A stretch of DNA of 64,000 bases from a virus (taxonomy: Duplodnaviria; Heunggongvirae; Uroviricota; Caudoviricetes), in the IMG/VR virus record IMGVR_UViG_3300033072_000303, positions 1-64,000 of that record. One strand, 5' to 3'. This document shows, one piece after another, positions 37,620 through 47,623 of this stretch (positions within the stretch are counted from its first letter, which is position 1; the number at the start of each line of letters is the position of its first letter). Made by a program: the position numbers and the translations under genes. The notes beneath the pieces are model-generated. The model was not told the DNA's origin. It did not search any database and saw only the letters and a list, made by a program, of their open reading frames with translations.

Positions 37620-38186
37620 ATGAAAAAAGATAAAGTACAGATTGTGTGTATATTAGATATGTCTGGCTCAATGAGGGACTTAGCTACCGAAGTTATAAAC
37701 TCATTTAATCATTTTATATCAGAACAAAAGAAACTAAAAGGTAAAGCTGAGGTAACACTGGTATTATTTGACCACGTTATAGAAAAACCTTATTATAAAG
37801 TTAAGTTAAAAGACGTAAAAGATATTGACGAAACATTGTATAAACCAAGAGGTATGACAGCGTTATATGATGCTATTGGGCTTACCGTAGAAGAATTTAG
37901 TGAACATAAAGACGTCGTATTATTAATACAGACAGATGGAGAAGAGAATTCATCTAAAGAGTACACACAGAGTATAATAAAAGATATGATTAAAGATAAA
38001 GAACAAGATGGTTGGGATATTACATTCTTAGGAGCTAATATAGATGCTAAAGCAGTAGGTTCTAGCCTTGGGGTATCTTTGTTAAAGAGTGTACAGTACA
38101 GTAATTCAGCTGACGGAATACACGAAGCTTTTGCTTGTATGAGTAAAATGTCTAGTGATTATAGAGCAAAGAAATTAGGAGATTAA
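37620..38186 (+). CDS. von Willebrand factor A (vWA) domain protein
   Basis: MIDAS motif DMSGSM near the N-terminus. 188 aa. Ends in an ATGA overlap with nrdB. Confidence 0.55.
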   Translation: MKKDKVQIVCILDMSGSMRDLATEVINSFNHFISEQKKLKGKAEVTLVLFDHVIEKPYYKVKLKDVKDIDETLYKPRGMTALYDAIGLTVEEFSEHKDVVLLIQTDGEENSSKEYTQSIIKDMIKDKEQDGWDITFLGANIDAKAVGSSLGVSLLKSVQYSNSADGIHEAFACMSKMSSDYRAKKLGD

Positions 38187-39211
38187 TGAGTAATTTATTA
38201 AACAGAGGAACACCAGTACCAGTGTATAAAGAAGCTACTGGTATGAAGTACCCACAATTCGACAAATACACAGAGTCATTAATGAATATGTTCTGGATGT
38301 TTAACGCAGTTGAACTTGGGCAGGATATTGAAGATTATAGAAAAGCATCACCTGAAGAGAAACTGTTTATACAAAATATAATGAAACTATTTACTCAGAA
38401 TGAGGTTATAGTTTCTAATGGGTACGTTAAGTTAGCTAGTATATTTAAACCGAACGAAGTGCAAAACTGGTTTAATTACGCTAATGGAACAGAAGTTATG
38501 CACCAAAAAGCCTATAGTTTATTCATAGAAACCTTAGGACTGCCTGATACAATATACACAGACTTCCTAGACATTAACGTTATGAGTACAAAAACTGGGT
38601 ATTTAGATAAGGCTAAAGTTAAAAAGTTTGAAGAATACAAAGCTATGGGTATGACCGATGCTGAAGTAGACAAAGAGTTCAGAAGAGCTGTAGCTAGAAT
38701 GTTAGCACTATACGGTGGTGGTGCTGAGTTAGTTTCGTTGTACGCACAATTTGCTATGCTTTTAGCATTCCAGTTTCAAGGTAAATACCCAGGTTTATGT
38801 CAGATTGTTGAATACTCGATTAGAGATGAGTATATGCACGGTACAGGAAACTGTGATGTATTTAGAACATATATTGCAGAGAATCCTGATATATTTGATG
38901 ATGAACTTAAGTTCGACATCTACGAGGGGATGAGAGAGTTAGTTTCATATGAAGAAGCTACAGTAGACTTTGTAAATCCCCCTCATATGAACTCAGATGA
39001 GTGTAAACAGTATATTAAACACCAAGCGGATGAAGCATTAAAACTATTAGGTATGAAACCTAATTATAATGTTAAAAACCCATTTAAGTTTATGGACGAA
39101 GTTACTGGAACAATCTTAACAGATTTCTTTAGTGGTAAAGTTACAAGCTACTCTAGAAAGATTACAGGAAGTAAGTCAGATTTAAGAGCAAAAATAAAAA
39201 GTTTAAGCTAG
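38186..39211 (+). CDS. nrdB: Ribonucleotide reductase small subunit (diiron/tyrosyl radical R2)
   Basis: EVMHQKAYSLF provides the ExxH iron ligands and the radical Tyr. RDEYMHGTG matches E. coli RDEALHLTG. Confidence 0.8.
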   Translation: MSNLLNRGTPVPVYKEATGMKYPQFDKYTESLMNMFWMFNAVELGQDIEDYRKASPEEKLFIQNIMKLFTQNEVIVSNGYVKLASIFKPNEVQNWFNYANGTEVMHQKAYSLFIETLGLPDTIYTDFLDINVMSTKTGYLDKAKVKKFEEYKAMGMTDAEVDKEFRRAVARMLALYGGGAELVSLYAQFAMLLAFQFQGKYPGLCQIVEYSIRDEYMHGTGNCDVFRTYIAENPDIFDDELKFDIYEGMRELVSYEEATVDFVNPPHMNSDECKQYIKHQADEALKLLGMKPNYNVKNPFKFMDEVTGTILTDFFSGKVTSYSRKITGSKSDLRAKIKSLS

Positions 39212-39223
39212 GTTTAATCAAAG

Positions 39224-39272
39224 TTTGGCTATACTCTATTTATCGCCAAGCGGGGGTTAAACCTATTATATA
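39224..39272 (+). promoter_or_regulatory. Promoter-like element, diverged copy C
   Basis: TTTGGCTATACTCTATTTATCGCCAAGCGGGGGTTAAACCTATTATATA shares the GG-TATACT-TTTAyCGC and TAAACCTATTATATA blocks with copies A and B. It lies 10 nt before the phoH ATG. Confidence 0.35.
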
Positions 39273-39282
39273 AAGGATAGTT

Positions 39283-40671
39283 ATGATAGAGGGATTAAAG
39301 TATATAGTAGTAGATACTAATATACTTCTTATAGACGCTGAGAACTTATTACAACATAATAAAATTGTAGTAATACCAGAAGTAGTTATTGATGAAATGG
39401 ACTCTAAAAAGAGTTTATTAGGGAGTGAACTAGGCTATCAAGCTAGAAAGTTCTCAAGATTACTATCTAAAGCCGAAGTAATTACTATTAATTACGATGA
39501 GCATAAAGATATTAAAGTATCTGAAACACTTTTAAAGATAAAAGACTGTTATGTATTGTTCACAGCGTTTAGCCACTATAAAGCAGAAGAAGGCAGAAGT
39601 TATACAAATGATAGAAAGATACTAGAAGTAGCTAAATATTACAGTGAAAAAAATAAAGCAGTATTTATGTCGAATGATAATGCTGCTAGGTTAAGAGCGG
39701 TGTCTTTAGGTATAGCAACAACAGAACACTTAGTAGTTGAGGAAGTAAACACAGAATTTACAAAAGAGGTTACTATAGAAGATGAACTATTGTTTGATAA
39801 ACTTGACTACAAAGATATTCTGTCAGTAATACCAAACCATACACAAGGTACATTTAACTACATTATAAAGAATCCTGAGACAACTCAAGTTAAGTTATGC
39901 TATGTAGATAATGGAATACTACATCATATAAGTAGTACTGTTGAAAAGGACATTAGAAAGAATGTAGATGTAGCCCCTATAAATACACAGCAGATATTTT
40001 TAGCAAGAGCTTTACAAGATGTCTCAACGGATATAGTAATATGCGAGGCTAAAGCAGGCTCTGGTAAAACACTGGTAACGTTAAGTAACGCTATTAGGAT
40101 GGTTAAACTTGGTAAATATTCTGGTATAACCTACATTAGGCACTCTGTAGATGACGTACCAAAAGAAGAAGAAGTAGGTTTCTTATCTGGTAACGATGAA
40201 AAAATGGCAGTTTATTTTCATCCGCTTTATGACTCATTAGAGGTTATAGTTAGAGGTAAGCATAAAGCGTCTAAGCTAAAAGGTAAAGAGTTCGAAGACT
40301 TTATAACTAAGCAGATAGAAGAACTAATGGCTGAGTGTAAAATTCAACCTATGACGGGTTTAGGACTAAGAGGTAGAACGCTTACTAACCAGTTTGTTAT
40401 CATTGACGAAGCACAAAACCCATCAGCGTCTTCAATGCAAAAGACTCTAACTAGGTTAGGTAAAGGATGTAAAGTTGCTATTATAGGTTCAAATAAACAA
40501 ATAGACAATCCGTATATTACAAAACATAATAATGGATTGAGTTACCTAATAGACGCTTTAAGAAAGACAGACAATAGCGGGGTTAAAATATATGGTGTAG
40601 ACCTACATAAAGTAGTAAGGTCATCAATTGCAGAGTTCGCAGAAAATTTATATTCAAAGGAAGTTAAGTGA
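39283..40671 (+). CDS. phoH: PIN-domain/PhoH-like ATPase (PhoH2 type)
   Basis: N-terminal PIN domain (VVDTNILL). The PhoH P-loop is EAKAGSGKT, with Walker B in VIIDEAQN. Confidence 0.75.
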   Translation: MIEGLKYIVVDTNILLIDAENLLQHNKIVVIPEVVIDEMDSKKSLLGSELGYQARKFSRLLSKAEVITINYDEHKDIKVSETLLKIKDCYVLFTAFSHYKAEEGRSYTNDRKILEVAKYYSEKNKAVFMSNDNAARLRAVSLGIATTEHLVVEEVNTEFTKEVTIEDELLFDKLDYKDILSVIPNHTQGTFNYIIKNPETTQVKLCYVDNGILHHISSTVEKDIRKNVDVAPINTQQIFLARALQDVSTDIVICEAKAGSGKTLVTLSNAIRMVKLGKYSGITYIRHSVDDVPKEEEVGFLSGNDEKMAVYFHPLYDSLEVIVRGKHKASKLKGKEFEDFITKQIEELMAECKIQPMTGLGLRGRTLTNQFVIIDEAQNPSASSMQKTLTRLGKGCKVAIIGSNKQIDNPYITKHNNGLSYLIDALRKTDNSGVKIYGVDLHKVVRSSIAEFAENLYSKEVK

Positions 40672-41486
40672 CAGGTAAAGACGCAGAAAAACTACATAAG
40701 TCTATGAAAAAAGCTTACAAAGACGCAGAAAAAGGTCATAAAGCTGAAATAACATACGATGAAGACGACAGAATATATAATATCTATATAACTGATGAAA
40801 TAACTGGTCCAGAAGATTATACAAACGTATTTGATACGTTTGTATTAGCAAAAGAAAATGAAACTATTAGAGTATTCTTAGCTACACCAGGAGGTAGACT
40901 AGATACCACTAATAAGATTAGGGGATTAGCTTTAATGACTAGGGCTAGAACAATAGCAGTAGTTGGTGATGTAGCTTCTGCTGGTACTATACTAGCGTTA
41001 TGTTTTGATGAAATGGTAGTTTTACCTAACATAGAATTTATGATACATAATTATAGTGGTGGAGCTAGAGGTAAAGGTCATGAAGTATATTCAGCTGTAA
41101 ACTTCTTACAGAAAGAGATGCCTAGAATCTTTAAAGATTACTATGATGTGTTTTTAACAGATGAAGAGATAGCTGATGTTATTGCTGGAAATGACTTATA
41201 CTTAAATTCAGATGAAGTAGCAGAAAGATGGGAAAGAAAAGTTAGACACTTTGAACAACTACTAGAACTAGAGCAGATAGAGGAGCAGAAACAACAATTA
41301 GCACAAGCTAAAACTCTACTAGAAGCTAACGGTTATATAGTTAAAAACCCTAGTTCTATTGTTAAAGATAATCCTAAAACTGCTTTAGAAAAGATTAAAG
41401 ATATAAAAGTAAAACCTAAAAAGAAGCTAAGAGAGTCTGTAGAGGATGAGTACGAACCACTTATTTCTAATGGGGTAGCACAGTAA
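40668..41486 (+). CDS. ClpP-like serine protease
   Basis: ATPGGRLD, GDVASAGT and MIHNYSGG align with ClpP NSPGG, GQAASMGA and MIHQPLGG. A C-terminal extension carries a coiled coil. Confidence 0.65.
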   Translation: MTGKDAEKLHKSMKKAYKDAEKGHKAEITYDEDDRIYNIYITDEITGPEDYTNVFDTFVLAKENETIRVFLATPGGRLDTTNKIRGLALMTRARTIAVVGDVASAGTILALCFDEMVVLPNIEFMIHNYSGGARGKGHEVYSAVNFLQKEMPRIFKDYYDVFLTDEEIADVIAGNDLYLNSDEVAERWERKVRHFEQLLELEQIEEQKQQLAQAKTLLEANGYIVKNPSSIVKDNPKTALEKIKDIKVKPKKKLRESVEDEYEPLISNGVAQ

Positions 41487-41493
41487 TTTGTTA

Positions 41494-41518
41494 GAGAGCC
41501 TTACGAGGCTCTTTATAC
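41494..41518 (+). terminator. Rho-independent terminator
   Basis: GAGAGCC, loop ttacga, GGCTCTT, then TATAC. Same GAGrGC/GCyCTC style as the terminators at 5075 and 12085. Confidence 0.5.
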
Positions 41519-41556
41519 AGGATACTAAAAGTAGACTGAAATAACAAAGGAGTAAT

Positions 41557-42789
41557 ATGATAGATTTTGAAAAACTAGCGCTTAAGTCATTACTAGATGG
41601 TAATGTAAGTTTAGTTTCACATTTAAAGCTTGAATACTTCACTAAAGGTAATATTAAATTATATGAGAAGATACTTGAGTTCTTTGCTCAGTATAAACGA
41701 TTACCTACATACGATGAAATCGGTTCTTTAATACAAGCGAAAGCACCTGCTAATGTTGTGCCCCAGTTTATGGCTATTATTGCATCGTTACAAAGTATAC
41801 ATCAAACTATTGATACAGAGTTAGTAATACAAGAGCTTAAAGAGGCTTTTACAGTACGAACAGTTGATAATGAAATAGTAGACTTAGTAGAAGCGAACAA
41901 AATTAAAGATACAAAAGAGGTTAAACGTTTACTTAATATACTTAATGAAAAAGTAAACTTATGCGGAATTAAAGTTAAAAGCTTAGAGGACGTTAAAGAT
42001 GAAGATGATACGCATACATTAGTACGAACATTCTTAGACAAAGATGCGGAATCAGAGTTCTTTGGTGGTGGGCACACAGGTTTAACGATATATTCAGCTG
42101 AATCTGGTGGTGGTAAATCAATAGCACTAGGGCAAACTGCACTTAATAACTATAAAGATGGTAAGAATGTATTTTTTATATCGTTAGAGTTATCGCGAAA
42201 AGTTATGTATAATAGAATCATCTCGGCTGAGTCTGGTGTAGACTTTAGTATTATTAATGATAGTAAACAAACACCTGAGCAGCAACTATTAATTGACAAA
42301 GCGCATAAAACTTTATTTGACCCTAATAATAAGAATAAGTTCTTAATAGTAGATGATGACATAACAGACACAGAGCTTATTAATTTAATTGCTGTTGAGG
42401 CTCAAGTTAATAAAATTGACGTGTTTGTTATAGACTACTTACAGCTTGTAGAACCTGACAGTTCTGGTGATGAGTGGAAAGCACTTACTAAGTTATGTAA
42501 AAAGTTGCATAAATTAACTAAAGCATACGACATAGCAGTTATTTCAGCCTCACAAGTAAATGAAGAGGGTACTGAGAAAGGTACTATAATGCCTAAGATT
42601 TCATCAAGAGGTTCTAAAGAGGTTAAATTCTCTAGTTCACAATTTATTCACTTTGCAAGAGATAGGGAAACAGGTATGCTAAATATGTTCCAAATGAAAA
42701 ATAGGATAGCTAAAGCTAGACACTTGATATTAGAACCAGAGTTTGAGCATATGAAAATGAACTCAACAGGCGTGGAGTTAAACATATGA
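41557..42789 (+). CDS. DnaB-family replicative helicase
   Basis: Walker A is AESGGGKSIALGQ. The DnaB H3 motif is present as FVIDYLQLV. A SASQVNEEG motif follows. An N-terminal helical domain is present. Confidence 0.75.
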   Translation: MIDFEKLALKSLLDGNVSLVSHLKLEYFTKGNIKLYEKILEFFAQYKRLPTYDEIGSLIQAKAPANVVPQFMAIIASLQSIHQTIDTELVIQELKEAFTVRTVDNEIVDLVEANKIKDTKEVKRLLNILNEKVNLCGIKVKSLEDVKDEDDTHTLVRTFLDKDAESEFFGGGHTGLTIYSAESGGGKSIALGQTALNNYKDGKNVFFISLELSRKVMYNRIISAESGVDFSIINDSKQTPEQQLLIDKAHKTLFDPNNKNKFLIVDDDITDTELINLIAVEAQVNKIDVFVIDYLQLVEPDSSGDEWKALTKLCKKLHKLTKAYDIAVISASQVNEEGTEKGTIMPKISSRGSKEVKFSSSQFIHFARDRETGMLNMFQMKNRIAKARHLILEPEFEHMKMNSTGVELNI

Positions 42790-43664
42790 GTTTTAAAGCT
42801 CACTTAGAAAGTAAACTCAAAAGCCTAGGTAAAGAGTACACCATATCTGGTAATGAAATTAGAACAACCTGTATGAACCCAGCCCATATAGACCATAAGC
42901 CTAGTTACTTTATCAATGTAAAGACTGGTGTAAGTCATTGTTTTTCTTGTGGATTTAGCCCTCATCCAGCAAAACTAATAGACGCGTCAGAAGAAGACAC
43001 AGAGGAACTATTAAGGCAAGCCCAGTATATTTATTTAGAAGAACTCACAAAAAGTAAAGAGGAACAAGAAGTTGTAGCATTTACCTTACCACCAAAAGCG
43101 TACGATATAAATAAACCTTGGAGAGGTGTTTCACTAGACCTACTACAAGCGCTAGGCGTGTATTATTGTGATACTGGTAGGTTCGCTGGGAGGCTAATCT
43201 TTCCAGTATATCAAAAAGGATTACTACAAGGTTTTGACGCTAGGATTGTTAATCCTACAATAGTACCTGAACAATTACAAGATGTAAAGTGGTTAAGACC
43301 TAAAGGTATGCAAGTACAAAAATTATGTTATCCTTTTGAGTATCTTAAAACAATGGACTGTAGTCACTTAGTGATATGTGAGGGTATTGCAGATTGTATT
43401 TCATACTTAGAACTAGGAGTACCTGCCATACCATCGTTTGGAGTATCACCACCAGAAGACGAAAGAATATCGTCTCTACTAGAATTAGGAGTTAATACTA
43501 TAGGGTTAGCTTATGATAATGATGAAGCAGGTAGAACCGCTTCGTTAAAAGTTTACAAACACTATGTTAAGTGGTTTAAAATAAAAAACCACAGTGTAAC
43601 ATACAAGGTATTCCAATCAGGGGTTAAAGACTGTAACGAGTATCTAAAATTAATAAAAGGATAA
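42786..43664 (+). CDS. DnaG-type primase (zinc ribbon plus Toprim)
   Basis: Zinc binding is CMNPAHIDH..CFSCG. The Toprim acidic residues are ICEGIADC and YDNDEAG. Coupled to the dnaB-like gene through ATGA. Confidence 0.65.
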   Translation: MSFKAHLESKLKSLGKEYTISGNEIRTTCMNPAHIDHKPSYFINVKTGVSHCFSCGFSPHPAKLIDASEEDTEELLRQAQYIYLEELTKSKEEQEVVAFTLPPKAYDINKPWRGVSLDLLQALGVYYCDTGRFAGRLIFPVYQKGLLQGFDARIVNPTIVPEQLQDVKWLRPKGMQVQKLCYPFEYLKTMDCSHLVICEGIADCISYLELGVPAIPSFGVSPPEDERISSLLELGVNTIGLAYDNDEAGRTASLKVYKHYVKWFKIKNHSVTYKVFQSGVKDCNEYLKLIKG

Positions 43665-43666
43665 TA

Positions 43667-43882
43667 ATGAAAACATTTAAAGACGTATTTTTAGAAAAGG
43701 TAAATACTACGTATGATAGAATACAAGCTATAAATAAAGTTGATACTTCAGGAGAATTCTTGGCATCAAGAGTAAAAGACTTACAAACAAAGATGGTCGG
43801 TACGTTAGACATTGATGTTGGTATAGACTTAATAACAGAGTTAGCTGTAATAAGCTACATAGTTACTAAAGAGGTGGTATGA
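43667..43882 (+). CDS. Hypothetical small protein
   Basis: 71 aa. Confidence 0.35.
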   Translation: MKTFKDVFLEKVNTTYDRIQAINKVDTSGEFLASRVKDLQTKMVGTLDIDVGIDLITELAVISYIVTKEVV

Positions 43883-44865
43883 AATACATATACTTTGTAG
43901 ATACTAAACTAATATGTTACTACTTATTCCAAAGAGGTTCTAGTATAACTGGTATGTATGATAAGATAGCACAACTTATTTATAATTTCCCTAAAGGTGA
44001 AATATACTTAGGTTGGGATATTGGTAAATCCAGTTACAGATTAGGTATATCTCCAACGTATAAAGGGCATAGACAGGCTGAAAAAGAAAAGCTATCACAA
44101 GAAGAGCAAGAAGCTCTGGTAAATTTTAATATAGAGTATCTTAAAATGGCTGAATTAGCCGATTTAATCCCAGTACACAACTTAAAGGTTAGTGGGGTTG
44201 AATGTGATGATATGTGTTCTATATTGGCTAAAAAGTATGAGAATAAGACTGAGTATACTGTATACCTCGTAACAGCAGATATGGACTGGATACACTCAGT
44301 AGTAAATACTAGTAATGTATTCATAATTGATGTGTATAATGGTGGTTCAGTTATCGACTCTAAGTACGTTGAGCAGACTTACAACTTAGACACAAGAAAA
44401 AAGTTTACAGTACTAAAATCTATTCTTGGTGATAAATCAGATAATATTAAGTTCTGTACTAATATAGGTCCAGTTAAAGCTAAAGAAATATTTGATAAAA
44501 TATATCTAAAGTACAAAGACCCTACAGTAGACGAGATAATACTGGAGATAGAAAAGTACCTAGCTGATAAAGAGGCGGATAGGATTAAACGAAAGTTGAA
44601 AACAAGTATATCTATACATAGTGACCACACTAGCGTAGGTAGAACAACAGTTAAAGAAGCTTTTTTAGCAAACTTAAGTATAGCTGACCCTTTCCAAGAT
44701 ACTAGTAATTTAACAGATGAGCAGCTTATAGCTTTTAATAAATGCTTAGAAAGAGTCCCTCCTAAAAGTATATCATTTGATAAAATACTAGATGCTAGTA
44801 TAGAGAGTTTAGGGTATGCTCTACAGTTTGGTCATAGGGCTTCTAAAGTATTTAAGGTTGTATAA
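43879..44865 (+). CDS. 5'-3' exonuclease / flap endonuclease (RNase H-like, FEN family)
   Basis: FEN family acidic clusters are LGWDIGKSSYR, VECDDM and VTADMDW. The motif ILGDKSDNI is present. Confidence 0.6.
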   Translation: MKYIYFVDTKLICYYLFQRGSSITGMYDKIAQLIYNFPKGEIYLGWDIGKSSYRLGISPTYKGHRQAEKEKLSQEEQEALVNFNIEYLKMAELADLIPVHNLKVSGVECDDMCSILAKKYENKTEYTVYLVTADMDWIHSVVNTSNVFIIDVYNGGSVIDSKYVEQTYNLDTRKKFTVLKSILGDKSDNIKFCTNIGPVKAKEIFDKIYLKYKDPTVDEIILEIEKYLADKEADRIKRKLKTSISIHSDHTSVGRTTVKEAFLANLSIADPFQDTSNLTDEQLIAFNKCLERVPPKSISFDKILDASIESLGYALQFGHRASKVFKVV

Positions 44866-45155
44866 TGAATGAGGTAATGATTGCAGAATTTTATAATAGA
44901 CTAAAAACTGAGCTAGGTGTATCTATAAGGGTAGCCAGAGAGATTCATAAAGGGTATAAAGCAGTATATTTAGCTTGTATAGCTAATGGTGAGTCCTTTC
45001 AACTACCTGGAATAGGTTTTATAGAACTACGTCCTTACACAGATACACAAGCTCGTAACCCTAAGACTAAAAGTATGGTTGAGCGTCAGGCTAAATATAA
45101 GATAATATTTTCAGCGTCAAAAACTGCTAAACGACTAATAGGAAAAAGGGTATGA
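44865..45155 (+). CDS. HU/IHF-family DNA-binding protein
   Basis: Beta-arm signature ELRPYTDTQARNPKTKSMV. 96 aa. Confidence 0.7.
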   Translation: MNEVMIAEFYNRLKTELGVSIRVAREIHKGYKAVYLACIANGESFQLPGIGFIELRPYTDTQARNPKTKSMVERQAKYKIIFSASKTAKRLIGKRV

Positions 45156-46777
45156 TTAAGTTTAAAAAGTTAGTTATAAATAATTATAAGAGTATCAGCA
45201 AAGCTGAGCTATTATACACTAAAGGTTTATGGGAAGTATCAGGAATTAATAATGATTCTACCTTTAAATCAAATGGTGCAGGTAAAAGTACTGTGCTCGA
45301 AGCTATACAACAGTGTTTATATAATAAAAATATTAAGAGTATATCAATAGAAGACACATATAATAGACTCACTAAGAAGGGCTACAGTATAACTATTTAT
45401 TTTAGTAAAGGTCAGGATGAATATACTATTACTAATGATAGGGAGTCTGGGTGTATCACAATAGTGAAAAATAATACCGATATATCAGAAAAAGGTATAG
45501 CGAATAACTTAAAGTTAATTCAGACAATCATTGGATTTGACTTTAGTACGTTTTGTGCTTTAACGTATGTATCCCACCAAAATATCGTTAGTATTATGGA
45601 ATCATTTAGCTCTAGTAACTTAATGAAAGTACTGCTTGACTTTGATACTATTTCAAATTTTGAAACAGTAACAAAAGATTCTTTAAGTAAATCTAAGGAG
45701 TTGGTTCAAAGATTACTACAAGAAAACGTACAAATTAATGATACAATTACATTAATGGCAGAGTTTAAGTATACTGATTTAACACCTATGTATAATGAAA
45801 AGCAGAGACTACAAAACGAGTTTTTTGAGAATACGTCTAATATAAATATACAAGGTCTATCAAATAAGCTTGATAGTCTAAATAGTTCTATTCAATTAAA
45901 TAAGTCTGCAATACAGCAACTAGAGTTAAAAATTAACGGAAAGACCTGCCCAACGTGTGGGCAAGAGACTACGCATTATGGTGATGTAACGAAAGGTTTA
46001 TTACAGTACGAATTAACAGCTTTACTAGAGGCTAATGAGAAATATAGTACTGATTTTGAGATAGCAAAAGAAGCATTTAATTTAGCAAATGAGAAACTAA
46101 TCATTTTAAGGACAGAGTTTGATGAAGCTATAAGAGTAGTTGATACTAATATAACTATAGGTGAGTATAAAAATGATTTATATGAACGTAATAAAGGACA
46201 GTTAAACGGCGCAACAAGTAAGTTAGAAGAAAATAACAAGCTTATTAGTACTGAGTACTTTAATCAAGACTTATATGATACTATATTAAAGACTATTAAA
46301 TCAGGAAAAATGCACAAAGATTTATTAGATAATTTTACTAAAGTACTTAATACTTATATAGATGATTATATAAAATATATGAGTATAGATTATTTAAATG
46401 TAAAAGCTAAAGCTTCAAAAGCAGCTATAGACTTTATTCTATATGATAACAGAACAAAACAGTTTATAGATATCAATACCCTTTCAGGTGGAGAGTTAAC
46501 TAGAATACGTATTGTAGTATTAATGAGTATGTTAAAGACCATAAGTACTTTGACTAAAATGAGTACAAACATACTAGTATTGGATGAAGCACTAGACACA
46601 TTAGATAAATCTGCAGCAGATGACTTAGCTAGTCTATTCGAGTACTTAATAAAGTCTGAGGATAAGTTTATTGCTTTGGTATCACACGGTGAGCAACTGA
46701 GTAACATAGATTTTAGTGGTAAAATCAAGGCTATTAAAACAAATGGAATTACTACAATAATCCAAGAAAAGGAATAA
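45152..46777 (+). CDS. sbcC: SbcC/Rad50-like ATPase (T4 gp46-like)
   Basis: Walker A is SNGAGKST. The ABC signature is LSGGELTRI. Walker B is ILVLDEALD. The middle is a coiled coil. Confidence 0.65.
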   Translation: MIKFKKLVINNYKSISKAELLYTKGLWEVSGINNDSTFKSNGAGKSTVLEAIQQCLYNKNIKSISIEDTYNRLTKKGYSITIYFSKGQDEYTITNDRESGCITIVKNNTDISEKGIANNLKLIQTIIGFDFSTFCALTYVSHQNIVSIMESFSSSNLMKVLLDFDTISNFETVTKDSLSKSKELVQRLLQENVQINDTITLMAEFKYTDLTPMYNEKQRLQNEFFENTSNINIQGLSNKLDSLNSSIQLNKSAIQQLELKINGKTCPTCGQETTHYGDVTKGLLQYELTALLEANEKYSTDFEIAKEAFNLANEKLIILRTEFDEAIRVVDTNITIGEYKNDLYERNKGQLNGATSKLEENNKLISTEYFNQDLYDTILKTIKSGKMHKDLLDNFTKVLNTYIDDYIKYMSIDYLNVKAKASKAAIDFILYDNRTKQFIDINTLSGGELTRIRIVVLMSMLKTISTLTKMSTNILVLDEALDTLDKSAADDLASLFEYLIKSEDKFIALVSHGEQLSNIDFSGKIKAIKTNGITTIIQEKE

Positions 46778-46778
46778 T

Positions 46779-47459
46779 ATGTTTGAGAATATAAGTATAA
46801 CTACAATAGAGAAAGTAGTTAATGATTTATTTAAGATAGTACAAGAAAAATCTATTAGTGCCTCTAGACAAGCATTGTATTCATATTCAATGGCAGCACA
46901 AAGAGAGGATAAAGTATTATTCGATATGATAATATCTTACGCTATGCAGAGTACGCTACATAATGATATTATAAGTAGATATAATACGAGACCTTTAACA
47001 CAAGAGTCATTAGTGGAAGTACAACAGCTTTACTTTAGTTATGATAGTAGAAGATTTAAAAAACTCCCTAATACAGCTCAAAGACTCTTATGGTTATGCT
47101 CAAGTACTAGTGTTTATAGAGATAGTATAGCAAAGTTAAGAAGATTAATCACTGAGTATCATCCAGTTGAGTTCCCTAAGACAGTACAAAGTCAATGTAA
47201 ACGTTGCTACTCAGATTCCGAAAATACTCTATGCGCCTCTTGTATAAAAAAGATAGAATCTTGTGTCGAGTTTACTTCGGACTCATTCTCTAGTACAGGT
47301 ACAACAATGGAACCATTTGAGTACTATTTTAAAGATTGGGAGGTTACCGTTAATAACCAAGGTGAGTATAAGTTTAAAAAACTAAATAAAAGTCTTCAAA
47401 GGTATCAACCTAATTTACCTATAAAAGAATTTCAAAATTTAATGGTGCTAATAGGTTAG
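46779..47459 (+). CDS. Hypothetical protein with C-terminal Cys cluster
   Basis: 226 aa. CKRCYSDSENTLCASCIKKIESC suggests a zinc finger. Confidence 0.45.
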   Translation: MFENISITTIEKVVNDLFKIVQEKSISASRQALYSYSMAAQREDKVLFDMIISYAMQSTLHNDIISRYNTRPLTQESLVEVQQLYFSYDSRRFKKLPNTAQRLLWLCSSTSVYRDSIAKLRRLITEYHPVEFPKTVQSQCKRCYSDSENTLCASCIKKIESCVEFTSDSFSSTGTTMEPFEYYFKDWEVTVNNQGEYKFKKLNKSLQRYQPNLPIKEFQNLMVLIG

Positions 47460-47460
47460 T

Positions 47461-47498
47461 TTAAGTTTAATTTAAGTATAACTTGGTATAATGCTATC
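47461..47498 (+). promoter_or_regulatory. Sigma-70-type extended -10 promoter within a diverged copy of the 5' half of the repeat element
   Basis: ttaagtttaatttaagtataacTTGGTATAATgctatc contains TGnTATAAT at 47484-47492 and resembles the 5' part of copies A and B. Confidence 0.4.
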
Positions 47499-47623
47499 AA
47501 GTTTTTAAGGAGAGTCATGTTATAGATTATGATATAAGTAATTAATAAAGAATGTAAGCGAGTAAGGTGAATAGTCTAACAATATTAAAAGTTACAAAGT
47601 AAAGATAAAAATAAGGAAACACA

